Assembly: GCA_001464765.1 (NCBI GenBank)
Contig: LNDV01000038.1
Location: forward strand, 128,311-192,310
Length of the DNA: 64,000 bases
DNA from: Betaproteobacteria bacterium Ga0077526
GTDB taxonomy: Bacteria; Pseudomonadota; Gammaproteobacteria; Burkholderiales; Ga0077523
Direction: 5' to 3'
This document shows, one piece after another, positions 1 through 8,542 of this stretch (positions are counted from its first letter, which is position 1; the number at the start of each line of letters is the position of its first letter). A model generated the notes under the pieces. It ran no database searches, had not been told where the DNA came from, and saw only the letters and a list, made by a program, of their open reading frames with translations. The position numbers were made by a program, and so were the translations under genes.

Positions 1-495
1 CCAGAGCGCGCTCAGCGCCTGCGCCATCCGCCCGTGGGACTCGTCCGTGCCATCGCCAAGGCGCACCACCCAGTCCGCCGAGTGCTCGCGGTGGTAGCGC
101 GTTTCCTTGGCGCTCTTCGCGGCGATGGCCGCGAGTTCCGTGTCCGCAGATGCCGCAAGCCCCGCCCACAATTGCTCGAGGAAGCTGCTGAAGAGAAAGT
201 TGCGCAGGACGACGCGCCCGAAGTCCCCGTTGGGCAGTTCGGTGAGCGTGACATTGCGGAACTCCCCCTCGTTGCGCAGGAAGGCCAGCTGGTCTTCGTC
301 GCGCCCTGCGCCTTCGAGCTTGCCGGCGTGCGTGAGCAGCAGCCGCGCCTGCCCGATGCAGTCGAGCGCGATGTTGGTGATCGCGATGTCCTCCTCGAGC
401 ACCGGGCCGTGGCCACAAAGCTCCGAAAGGCGCTGCCCGAGGATCAGGGAGCTGTCCGCAATCCGCAGAACGTATTCCACATGGGGGGTCATCAT
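1..495 (-). CDS. paaC: phenylacetyl-CoA 1,2-epoxidase subunit C (partial, runs off the window edge)
   Basis: Hand translation from ATG 495 gives MMTPHVEYVLRIADSSLILGQRLSELCGHGPVLEEDIAITNIALDCIGQAR, the typical PaaC N-terminus; lies directly downstream of paaB. Absent from the ORF track because there is no stop in the window. Confidence 0.93.
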   Translation of the reverse strand, partial: MMTPHVEYVLRIADSSLILGQRLSELCGHGPVLEEDIAITNIALDCIGQARLLLTHAGKLEGAGRDEDQLAFLRNEGEFRNVTLTELPNGDFGRVVLRNFLFSSFLEQLWAGLAASADTELAAIAAKSAKETRYHREHSADWVVRLGDGTDESHGRMAQALSALW

Positions 496-510
496 CGGTG
501 CGGTCTGCCC

Positions 511-798
511 CTACATGTGGTCGACTTCGTCGGGCAGCCGATAGAAGGTCGGGTGACGGTAGATCTTGTCCGCGGCGGGATCGAACAGCTCCGGCTTGGC
601 ATCCGGATCGGAGGCCACGATGTGGTCCGACCGCACGACCCAGAGGCTCACGCCTTCCTGCCGCCGGGTGTACACGTCACGCGCCATCTGCAGCGCCAGC
701 TTGGGGTCCGGAGCATGCACGCTGCCGCAATGCTTGTGGTCGAGGCCGTTGCGGCTGCGCACGAACACTTCCCACAGGGGCCATTCCTTGTTGCTCAT
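511..798 (-). CDS. paaB: phenylacetyl-CoA 1,2-epoxidase subunit B
   Basis: MSNKEWPLWEVFVRS...HKHCGSVHAPD...ARDVYTRRQEGVSLWVV...DKIYRHPTFY; start trimmed to ATG 798 behind a GGAG RBS. Confidence 0.96.
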   Translation of the reverse strand: MSNKEWPLWEVFVRSRNGLDHKHCGSVHAPDPKLALQMARDVYTRRQEGVSLWVVRSDHIVASDPDAKPELFDPAADKIYRHPTFYRLPDEVDHM

Positions 799-808
799 CG
801 TCGTCTCC

Positions 809-1810
809 TCAGGCGGCCTGCCGCGCTTCGCGCTTGCGCGCATGGGCCAGCGCGGCCTCGCGGACCCACTCGCCGTCTTCCCACGCCTTGACCCGCTCGG
901 CGAGCCGTTCGCGGTTGCACGGCCCGTGACCGTTCACCACGTTCCAGAATTCGTCCCAGTCGATGGTGCCGAAATCGTGATGCCCGCGGGCTTCGTTCCA
1001 CTTCAACGCCGGGTCGGGGAGGCTCACGCCGAGCACGCGGGCCTGAGGCACGGTGGCGTCCACAAACTTCTGGCGCAGGTCGTCGTTGGAGATGCGCTTG
1101 ATGCCCCAATGCATGCTCTGGCCGCTGTTCGGCGAATCGCGATCGTGGGGGCCGAACATCATCAGCGACGGCCACCACCAGCGGTTCACGGCGTCCTGCA
1201 CCATGTCGCGCTGGGCCTGCGTGCCGCGCATCATCGCGAGCAGCAGGTCGTAGCCCTGGCGCTGGTGGAAGCTCTCCTCCTTGCAGATGCGGATCATCGC
1301 GCGGGCGTAGGGCCCGTAGGAGCAGCGGCACAGCGGGATCTGGTTCATGATCGCCGCGCCGTCCACGAGCCAGCCGATCACGCCGATGTCGGCCCAGGTG
1401 AGCGTCGGATAGTTGAAGATGGACGAGTACTTGGCCTTGCCAGAATGCAGCGCGTCGATGAGATCGTCGCGTGACACCCCGAGCGTCTCGGCGGCGGCGT
1501 AGAGGTACAGGCCGTGGCCGCCCTCGTCCTGCACCTTGGCAAGCAGGATTGCCTTGCGCTGCAGGGACGGCGCGCGCGTGATCCAGTTGCCCTCCGGCAG
1601 CATGCCCACGATCTCGGAATGTGCGTGCTGCGAGATCTGCCGCACGAGCGTCTTGCGGTAGGCCTCGGGCATCCAGTCCTTGGCCTCGATGAATTCGCCG
1701 CGATCCAGCCGATCGTCGAACTCCGTCTGGTAGTCGGCATTCGACGGGGCGGCGCCCGCCGCGGGCTCGTCGCCTTTCGGCTGGGGAATGTCCATCGCCT
1801 GGGTGTACAT
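809..1810 (-). CDS. paaA: phenylacetyl-CoA 1,2-epoxidase catalytic subunit A
   Basis: [30 protein letters not shown] and [11 protein letters not shown] di-iron motifs. Confidence 0.97.
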   Translation of the reverse strand: MYTQAMDIPQPKGDEPAAGAAPSNADYQTEFDDRLDRGEFIEAKDWMPEAYRKTLVRQISQHAHSEIVGMLPEGNWITRAPSLQRKAILLAKVQDEGGHGLYLYAAAETLGVSRDDLIDALHSGKAKYSSIFNYPTLTWADIGVIGWLVDGAAIMNQIPLCRCSYGPYARAMIRICKEESFHQRQGYDLLLAMMRGTQAQRDMVQDAVNRWWWPSLMMFGPHDRDSPNSGQSMHWGIKRISNDDLRQKFVDATVPQARVLGVSLPDPALKWNEARGHHDFGTIDWDEFWNVVNGHGPCNRERLAERVKAWEDGEWVREAALAHARKREARQAA

Positions 1811-1831
1811 GGCGTGCGCTCCTGATGGGAC

Positions 1832-3148
1832 TCAGTTCTTCGGGCGGCGGTCTATCACGCGCCGCGCCTTGCCGACGACCACGCGCTCGATGGCGAACGG
1901 GGCCGTGACCTCCACCGTCGACGAGACGCCGATGTAGGACTTGATCTGGTGCTGCAGTTCCGATGCGGCGCGCGAACGCACGTCGTCGGCGCGATCCGCC
2001 TGGGGCTCGAGTTCCACCCGCACTGTCACGGTGTCGAGGTGACCCTCCTTGTCGAGGAGGATCTGGTAGTGCGGCGCGAGCTGCGGCACGCGCAGGATCA
2101 GCTCCTCGATCTGCGACGGGAACACGTTGACCCCGCGCACGATCATCATGTCGTCGGAACGCCCGGTGATCTTGTCCATGCGGCGCATGGCGCGCGCGGT
2201 GGGCGGCAGCAGGCGGGTGAGATCCCGCGTGCGGTAGCGGATGACCGGCAGCGCTTCCTTCGTGAGCGTCGTGAACACGAGCTCGCCCGGGCTGCCGTCG
2301 GGCAGCACCGCACCCGTCGAGGGATCGATGATCTCCGGGTAGAAGTGGTCCTCCCAGATGACCGGACCGTCCTTGGTCTCGATGCACTCGTTGGCCACGC
2401 CCGGCCCCATCACTTCCGACAGGCCGTAGATGTCGACGGCGTCCAGCCCGGCGCGCTTCTCGATGGCTTCGCGCATGCCCTGGGTCCAGGGCTCCGCCCC
2501 GAAGATGCCGATACGCAGCGACGAGGCCGCCGGATCGAGCCCCTGGCGCTCCATTTCGTCGACGATGGTGAGCATGTACGACGGCGTCACCATGATGATG
2601 TCTGGCCGGAAATCCTGGATGAGCTGCACCTGCTTCTCGGTCTGCCCCCCGGACATGGGAATGACCGTGCAGCCCAGCCGCTCCGCCCCGTAGTGCGCCC
2701 CCAGCCCGCCCGTGAAGAGGCCGTAACCGTAGGCGACATGCACGATGTCGCCGGCGCGACCGCCTGAAGCACGGATGGAGCGGGCGACGAGATCCGCCCA
2801 GTTGTCGATGTCGCGCTGGGTGTAGCCGACGACCGTGGGCTTGCCCGTGGTCCCGCTGGAGGCGTGGATGCGCACCACCTTCTCCCGCGGCACGGCGAAC
2901 ATGCCGAACGGGTAGTTGTCGCGCAGGTCCTGCTTGGAGGTGAACGGAAAGCGCGCGAGGTCCTCGTGGGACTTCAGATCGTCCGGGTGCACGCCGTGCG
3001 CTTCGAACTTGCGCCGGTAGTGCGGCACGTTGTCGTAGGCGTGGCGCACACTCCACCGCAGCCGGTCGAGCTGCAGGGCGCGCAGCTCATCCTGACTGGC
3101 GCGCTCGGCGGGATCCAGCGAGTCGGGAGCGGGTATCGGATGGGGCAT
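1832..3148 (-). CDS. paaK: phenylacetate--CoA ligase
   Basis: HASSGTTGKPTVVGYT P-loop, YGLSE, YRTRD, GRSDDMMIVRGVNVFPSQIE. Confidence 0.96.
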   Translation of the reverse strand: MPHPIPAPDSLDPAERASQDELRALQLDRLRWSVRHAYDNVPHYRRKFEAHGVHPDDLKSHEDLARFPFTSKQDLRDNYPFGMFAVPREKVVRIHASSGTTGKPTVVGYTQRDIDNWADLVARSIRASGGRAGDIVHVAYGYGLFTGGLGAHYGAERLGCTVIPMSGGQTEKQVQLIQDFRPDIIMVTPSYMLTIVDEMERQGLDPAASSLRIGIFGAEPWTQGMREAIEKRAGLDAVDIYGLSEVMGPGVANECIETKDGPVIWEDHFYPEIIDPSTGAVLPDGSPGELVFTTLTKEALPVIRYRTRDLTRLLPPTARAMRRMDKITGRSDDMMIVRGVNVFPSQIEELILRVPQLAPHYQILLDKEGHLDTVTVRVELEPQADRADDVRSRAASELQHQIKSYIGVSSTVEVTAPFAIERVVVGKARRVIDRRPKN

Positions 3149-3166
3149 CGGCGGTGCCTCGTTCGC

Positions 3167-3613
3167 TTACAGGGGAACGGTCTGGCGGTCCTTCAACCGG
3201 TAGGAGCGCCCGCGCAACACGGCCACGAGCACGCCCTCCTGATTGCGGACCTGCACGTCGTAGAGGCCGGTGCGTCCGGCCCGTGAGATTTCCTTGGCCT
3301 CGGCGACGAGAACATCGTCGAGGCGGGCCGGCGCGAGGAAGTCCACGGTGATGCCGGCCGCCACCGTGAGTTCGTTGTAGCTGTTGCAGGCGAAGGCAAA
3401 GGCGGAATCCGCCAGCGTGGTGATGTACCCGCCGTGGCAGATCTTGAAGCCGTTCAGCATTTCGGGGCGTACGCGCATGGACATGCGGGAGGTGCCGGGC
3501 CCCATGGCTTCGATCGTCATGCCGAGCCCGAGGGAGGCGGCGTCGTCCGCGAGCATGCCGCGACCGACATGGTCAGCGATCTGCTGCGGTGTCAGGGTGC
3601 CGGCATCACTCAT
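3167..3613 (-). CDS. paaI: (hydroxy)phenylacetyl-CoA thioesterase, hotdog fold
   Basis: MLNGFKICHGGYITTLADSAFAFACNS motif; start trimmed to ATG 3613, overlapping the paaH end. Confidence 0.93.
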   Translation of the reverse strand: MSDAGTLTPQQIADHVGRGMLADDAASLGLGMTIEAMGPGTSRMSMRVRPEMLNGFKICHGGYITTLADSAFAFACNSYNELTVAAGITVDFLAPARLDDVLVAEAKEISRAGRTGLYDVQVRNQEGVLVAVLRGRSYRLKDRQTVPL

Positions 3614-5129
3614 GGAAGGTTCCTCCGCTCCAGCGACGGCGCTGCAGGGCCGGCGAGACGCGATAGCGCTCCTCGCCGAAGTGGGCGCGCAGGTTGTCCA
3701 GCACCTCGGCCACGAGTTTCGCACCGAGGCGGTCCGCCCAGGCCAGCGGCCCGATCGGGTAGTTGGTGCCGAGGCGCATGGCGGTGTCGGCGTCTGCCGC
3801 GGACGCGATGCCCTGCGTGACGACGTCCGCGGCCTCGTTCGCGAGCATGGCCACGATGCGCATCACCACCATGCCGGCGATGTCGTCGACGCGGCTCACG
3901 ACGCAGCCTGCAGCCTGCAACGCGCCGACGACGCCCTCGTATTCCGCGTCGCCGCACTGATCGGCACGCGCCACCGCGACACGGCGGGTCTTCTCGAAGT
4001 CGAGTGCGAGATCGAGCGTCACGAAGTGCGGCGTCCCCTCCTCCGCCGCGCGGCGTGTGGCCGTGCGACCGTCCGTGAGCGCAAGACGGGCGCTGCCCAC
4101 GTGGATGGCGGAATCGTCCAGCGACAACCGCGCGACGCTCACGCCGTTGGCGGTCATGCGTGCGAGCAGTGGTTCGAGGGGACCCGCGTGCGTTGGTGCG
4201 GTGACGGCAGCGGGAGCCGCGCACGCGAGTTCGGACGGAATCTCCGGCGCGGCGGCGCCCTCGCCATAAGTGAAGAACCCGGCGCCCGACTTGCGCCCGT
4301 GGCGGCCGGACCGCACGAGTTCCTGCTGGATGAGCGACGGCGCATACCGGCGGTCGAAGCCCAGCGCGTGAAAAGTGGAGGTCGTGACCGCGAGGTTCAC
4401 GTCCAGGCCGATGAGGTCCATGAGTTCGCACGGGCCCATCGGAAAGCCGCCGCACTCGCGCAGCAGCGCGTCGAGCAGCGCGGAAGGTGCGGCCCTCTCG
4501 GTGAGCGTGCGCATGGCTTCGCCGTAGTACGGACGCGCAACCCGGTTCACGATGAAGCCCGGCGTGGACTTCGCCCGGACCGGCGTCTTGCCCCAGGCGC
4601 GAGAGGTGGCGAGCAGGGCTTCCGCCACGACACCATCGGTCTGCAGCCCGTCGATGACTTCTACCAGGGCCATGCGCGGCACCGGATTGAAGAAGTGCAT
4701 GCCGACGACCCGGCCGGGATGCTTCAGCCCGGCGGCGATGTCGGTGATGGAAATGGACGACGTGTTGGAAGCGAGGATGGCGTGCTCGGCCACGATGCCT
4801 TCGAGTTCGCGGAAGAGCGCGCGCTTGGCATCGCGGTCCTCGACGATGGCTTCGACCACTAGCCCGGCGTCGGCAAGCTCGGACAATGTCGACACGGTGC
4901 GGATGCGCGCGAGGGTAGCCTTGGCGTCCTCGTCGGCCATGCGGCCCTTCGAGACGAGGAACGCGAGGTCCTTTTCAATGGCCGCCCGCGCCTTCGCGAG
5001 CGCGGCAGGCTGAGCATCGAACAGAGCGACCGGATGTCCGGCACGCGCGGCCACGTGGGCGATGCCGCTGCCCATCGTTCCCGCACCGATGACGGCGACG
5101 GCGGTGCCGGCGGTCAAGGCAACGGCCAT
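3606..5129 (-). CDS. paaH: 3-hydroxyacyl(adipyl)-CoA dehydrogenase
   Basis: GAGTMGSG NAD-binding motif, SNTSS, GMHFFNP, PGFIVNR, duplicated C-terminal domain. Confidence 0.94.
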   Translation of the reverse strand: MAVALTAGTAVAVIGAGTMGSGIAHVAARAGHPVALFDAQPAALAKARAAIEKDLAFLVSKGRMADEDAKATLARIRTVSTLSELADAGLVVEAIVEDRDAKRALFRELEGIVAEHAILASNTSSISITDIAAGLKHPGRVVGMHFFNPVPRMALVEVIDGLQTDGVVAEALLATSRAWGKTPVRAKSTPGFIVNRVARPYYGEAMRTLTERAAPSALLDALLRECGGFPMGPCELMDLIGLDVNLAVTTSTFHALGFDRRYAPSLIQQELVRSGRHGRKSGAGFFTYGEGAAAPEIPSELACAAPAAVTAPTHAGPLEPLLARMTANGVSVARLSLDDSAIHVGSARLALTDGRTATRRAAEEGTPHFVTLDLALDFEKTRRVAVARADQCGDAEYEGVVGALQAAGCVVSRVDDIAGMVVMRIVAMLANEAADVVTQGIASAADADTAMRLGTNYPIGPLAWADRLGAKLVAEVLDNLRAHFGEERYRVSPALQRRRWSGGTFHE

Positions 5130-5132
5130 GGC

Positions 5133-5930
5133 TCAGTTCCCCGTGAAGCGGGGCGCGCGGCGTTCCATGAACGCGGTGACGCCTTCGCGATAGTCGTTGG
5201 AGAAGCCCAGCGCCCGCTGGGAATCCCGCTCGAGATCAAGCTGTGCCGTGAGCGTCGCAACCTCGGCCGCGTAGAGCGCGGCCTTGGTTCTGGCGAAGCC
5301 GGCGGTGGGGCCCGATGCAAGTTGCCGCGCCATCGCCTGCACCGTCGACTGCAGATCGGCGTCGTCCACGCACTTCCAGATGAGACCCCACTGCTCCGCC
5401 TGCTCGGCCGGCAACTTGTCGCCGAATAGCGCGAGACCCATCGCGCGCGGCGTGCCCAGCGCCCGCGCCAGGAAGTAGGTGCCGCCGGAATCGGGCACGA
5501 GACCCAGCCGGCAGAAGGCCTGCACGAAGGATGCGGACCGCGCCGCCACGACGAGGTCGCAGGCGAGCGCGAGATTGGCCCCCGCCCCCGCGGCCACGCC
5601 ATTGACGGCCGCGATGACCGGCTTGGGCATGGACCGCAGCATGAGCACGAGGGGCTTGTAATTGCGCTCGATGGAGTCCCCGAGGTCCACCGGGGCGCCG
5701 CCCGGCGCGACCTTGCGGTCGGAGAGATCCTGCCCGGCACAGAAGCCGCGTCCGGCGCCCGTGAGCACGAGGGCACGGACCTCCGGGGTGGCCGCGGCGT
5801 GACCGACGGCCTCCCGCACCTCGAGGTGCATGGCCTCGGTGAAGCTGTTGAGCTTGTCGGGCCGCGAAAGCGTGAGCGTGGCCACGCCCTCGACGATGTC
5901 GTACTGGATGTTCTGGTAGTTCGCTTGCAC
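5133..5930 (-). CDS. paaG: 2-(1,2-epoxy-1,2-dihydrophenyl)acetyl-CoA isomerase (crotonase fold)
   Basis: RPDKLNSF, GRGFCAGQDL, AAGAGANLALACD, GLVPDSGGT; start uncertain (GTG 5930 gives 265 aa, PaaG-sized; ATG 6011 is an alternative). Confidence 0.92.
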   Translation of the reverse strand: MQANYQNIQYDIVEGVATLTLSRPDKLNSFTEAMHLEVREAVGHAAATPEVRALVLTGAGRGFCAGQDLSDRKVAPGGAPVDLGDSIERNYKPLVLMLRSMPKPVIAAVNGVAAGAGANLALACDLVVAARSASFVQAFCRLGLVPDSGGTYFLARALGTPRAMGLALFGDKLPAEQAEQWGLIWKCVDDADLQSTVQAMARQLASGPTAGFARTKAALYAAEVATLTAQLDLERDSQRALGFSNDYREGVTAFMERRAPRFTGN

Positions 5931-6013
5931 GGGACCGCCCAGGGAGCCTGCGTCGTTGTCGTCGGGGAGCGCGCCTGAAGGCGCCGCCCGCCCCGCCTCG
6001 ACCGGATTCATTG

Positions 6014-6027
6014 ACCGACCGGTCGAT
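6014..6027. promoter_or_regulatory. PaaR (TetR-family)-type operator overlapping divergent sigma70 promoters
   Basis: ACCGACCGGTCGAT is a 13/14 match to the palindrome ACCGACCGGTCGGT known for PaaR-regulated paa promoters; flanked by TTGACC-N18-TAAAGT (+, 6011-6040) and TTGTCT-N17-TAATGT (-, 6031-6059). Confidence 0.8.
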
Positions 6028-6117
6028 CGAACATTAAAGTAAGCCGATCCCCAAGACAAGGGGCCGCCGCCGGCCATGCCGCCAGGCAGCCCCACCCATC
6101 CCTCCCCGGAGCGAACC

Positions 6118-7779
6118 ATGGCCCATCCCCTCTTCGACAAGCACAAGCCGACTCTCGATGCCGCCCTCGGCGCCCTGCGCACCCGCGGCTTCTGGAGCCC
6201 GTACCTGGAGATTCCGTCGCCCAAGGTCTACGGCGAGACGGCCGCGGCGGACGGCAAGGCGGCCTTCGACGCGTGGCTCGGCAAGCGCTTCGAGCTGGAT
6301 CAGCCCGGGATCACCGGCTGGGCCGCGCCGGAGCGCTCGCCTTTCGGTGTGGAACTGGGCGTGAGTTATCCGGTGTGCGATGCGCAGGCGCTGATCGACG
6401 CGGCCACCGCAACCATGCCCGCCTGGCGCAAGTTGGGCCCGGAGGGTCGGGTCGGCGTGTGCCTGGAAGTCCTTGCGCGAATCAACGCGCGCAGTTTCGA
6501 GATGTCCCACGCCGTGATGCTCACCACCGGCCAGGGCTGGGTGATGGCCTTCCAGGCCGGGGGCCCGCACGCGCAGGACCGCGCACTGGAAGCCGTGACC
6601 ACCGCCTGGCGCGAGATGGCCGAGGTGCCCCCTGAGGCCACGTGGGAGAAGCCCCAGGGCAAGAACCCGCCGCTGGTGATGCGCAAACAGTTCGAGATCG
6701 TCGGACGCGGCGTGGCGCTGGTGATCGGCTGCGGCACCTTCCCCACATGGAACACCTACCCCGGCCTGTTCGCAGCCCTGGCCACGGGCAACCCGGTGAT
6801 CGTGAAGCCGCATCCCAATGCCATCCTGCCCGCGGCCATTTCGGTGAAGATCATCCGCGAGGTGCTGGCCGAAAACGGCATCGACCCGAACGTCGTCACG
6901 CTCGCGGTGAGCGAAGACCCCGCCGTGACCCAGCGGCTGGCCACGCACCCAGCCGTCACGACGATCGACTTCACCGGCAGCAACGCCTTCGGGCAGTGGC
7001 TCATGGACAACGCGCGCCAGGCCACGCTCTACGCCGAGATGGCCGGCGTCAACACCGTGATGATCGAGTCCACCGACAACTACAAGGGCCTGCTGCGCAA
7101 CATGGCCTTCACGCTGTCGCTGTACTCCGGCCAGATGTGCACCACCACGCAGGCGATCCTAGTCCCGGCGGCAGGCATCTCGACCCCCGAAGGACAGGTG
7201 CCCTTCGACCAGGTGGCTGCAGACCTCGGCGCTGCCATCGACAAGTTCCTCTCCGACCCGGCCACTGCGCTGGGCGTGCTGGGCGCGGTGCAGTCGGAAG
7301 CCACGCTGCGGCGGATCGAGTCCGCGCCGTCCCTCGGCAAGGTCGTGCTCGCGTCGCGCGCCCTGGAGAACCCCGAGTTCCCGAAGGCCAACGTCCGCAC
7401 GCCGCTGCTGCTCTCCTGCGATGCCGCCGACGAAGCGGCGTGGATGGAAGAGCGCTTCGGACCGATCTCCTTCGTGGTGAAGGTGGCGGATGCGGCAGCC
7501 GGCGTGAAGCTCGCGGAGCGCGTGGTGCGAGAGAAGGGCGCCATCACCCTCGGGTTGTACTCCACGAACGCCGACGTCGTGGACGACATGACGGAGGCCA
7601 GCCTGCGCGCGGGCGTGGCGCTCTCCCTCAACCTGACCAGCGGCGTGTTCGTGAATCAGTCCGCCGGCTTCTCCGATTACCATGCGACCGGCGCCAACCC
7701 GGCCGCCAACGCGTCCTACACCGATGCGGCGTTCATCGCGAACCGGTTTCGCGTCGTGCAGCGCCGCTGGCACGTGTAG
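6118..7779 (+). CDS. paaN: phenylacetate degradation aldehyde dehydrogenase PaaN
   Basis: [51 protein letters not shown] (catalytic Cys); no fused MaoC domain. Confidence 0.92.
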   Translation: MAHPLFDKHKPTLDAALGALRTRGFWSPYLEIPSPKVYGETAAADGKAAFDAWLGKRFELDQPGITGWAAPERSPFGVELGVSYPVCDAQALIDAATATMPAWRKLGPEGRVGVCLEVLARINARSFEMSHAVMLTTGQGWVMAFQAGGPHAQDRALEAVTTAWREMAEVPPEATWEKPQGKNPPLVMRKQFEIVGRGVALVIGCGTFPTWNTYPGLFAALATGNPVIVKPHPNAILPAAISVKIIREVLAENGIDPNVVTLAVSEDPAVTQRLATHPAVTTIDFTGSNAFGQWLMDNARQATLYAEMAGVNTVMIESTDNYKGLLRNMAFTLSLYSGQMCTTTQAILVPAAGISTPEGQVPFDQVAADLGAAIDKFLSDPATALGVLGAVQSEATLRRIESAPSLGKVVLASRALENPEFPKANVRTPLLLSCDAADEAAWMEERFGPISFVVKVADAAAGVKLAERVVREKGAITLGLYSTNADVVDDMTEASLRAGVALSLNLTSGVFVNQSAGFSDYHATGANPAANASYTDAAFIANRFRVVQRRWHV

Positions 7780-7805
7780 TCGTTCCGGTCTTCCCGAGAG
7801 CCGCC

Positions 7806-8417
7806 ATGCCCTGCTACGAAATCGACGGAGTCCGCCCCGTGGTGCATCCCACGGCCTACGTCCACCCTACCGCCGTGCTCATCGGCGACGTGATCGTGGG
7901 GCCGCGGTGCTACATCGGGCCGCTGGCGAGCCTGCGCGGCGATTTCGGCCGCCTCATCGTGGAGGAAGGCGCCAACGTGCAAGACACCTGCGTGATGCAC
8001 GGCTTTCCGGGGACGGACACCGTGATCGAGGTGGACGGCCACATCGGCCACGGCGCCGTCATCCACGGCGCCCGCATCGGCCGCAATGCCCTGATCGGCA
8101 TGAACGCCGTGGTGATGGACAACGCCGTGGTCGGAGACAACAGTCTGGTGGCGGCATCCGCCTTCGTGAAGGCGGGGATGGTGATTCCCGCACGCAGCCT
8201 GGTGGCGGGTGTGCCCGCGAAGATCATCCGCGAGGTGACCGACGACGAGATCGCATGGAAGGGCGAAGGCACGAAGACCTATCAGGAACTCACCGTGCGC
8301 AGCATGGCGACGATGCATGAGGTGCACCCCGACACCGAGGTCCGGCCCGACCGGCCGAAACTCAACGTGGCCGTGACATTGCCGCTGGTGGAGCGGAAGA
8401 AACTTCAGGGACGATAG
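7806..8417 (+). CDS. paaY: PaaY, gamma-carbonic-anhydrase-like hexapeptide-repeat protein
   Basis: [29 protein letters not shown]...LRGDFG...[13 protein letters not shown]...[11 protein letters not shown]; this is the C-terminal part of track ORF 6642..8417. Confidence 0.92.
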   Translation: MPCYEIDGVRPVVHPTAYVHPTAVLIGDVIVGPRCYIGPLASLRGDFGRLIVEEGANVQDTCVMHGFPGTDTVIEVDGHIGHGAVIHGARIGRNALIGMNAVVMDNAVVGDNSLVAASAFVKAGMVIPARSLVAGVPAKIIREVTDDEIAWKGEGTKTYQELTVRSMATMHEVHPDTEVRPDRPKLNVAVTLPLVERKKLQGR

Positions 8418-8432
8418 TTCCTCTGCCGCGGC

Positions 8433-8514
8433 CCCGGAGTCGGCGCGATTGCGCCTCGTCCGGGCTACGCCACGGTCAGTAGCCCGGACGAGGCGTGACA
8501 ACGCCGACTCCGGG
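8433..8514. repeat. inverted doublet of GTAG-type REP elements (REPIN/BIME-like)
   Basis: Two 36-bp copies: 8479-8514 (+) GTAGCCCGGACGAGGCGTGACAACGCCGACTCCGGG and 8433-8468 (-) GTAGCCCGGACGAGGCGCAATCGCGCCGACTCCGGG, 10-bp spacer; lies between convergent paaY and the RTX gene. Confidence 0.85.
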
Positions 8515-8542
8515 AACTCGGCCGCGCGAACGCGAGTGGCCC

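Noticed and set aside
795-3056. Long alternative-frame and antisense ORFs (e.g. 795..3056, 3384..4862, 34369..36669, 57343..59172, 32476..34272)
   Set aside because: Shadow ORFs typical of high-GC coding DNA; Arg/Ala/Pro-rich, no motifs, and overlapping well-supported genes
6642-8417. Apparent long N-terminal extensions or fusions (paaY 591 aa, Bug 559 aa, GNAT 371 aa, cupredoxin 387 aa)
   Set aside because: The extensions are off-frame or antisense read-through of neighbouring genes; family homology starts at the downstream start codons used above, so there is no evidence of frameshift or fusion
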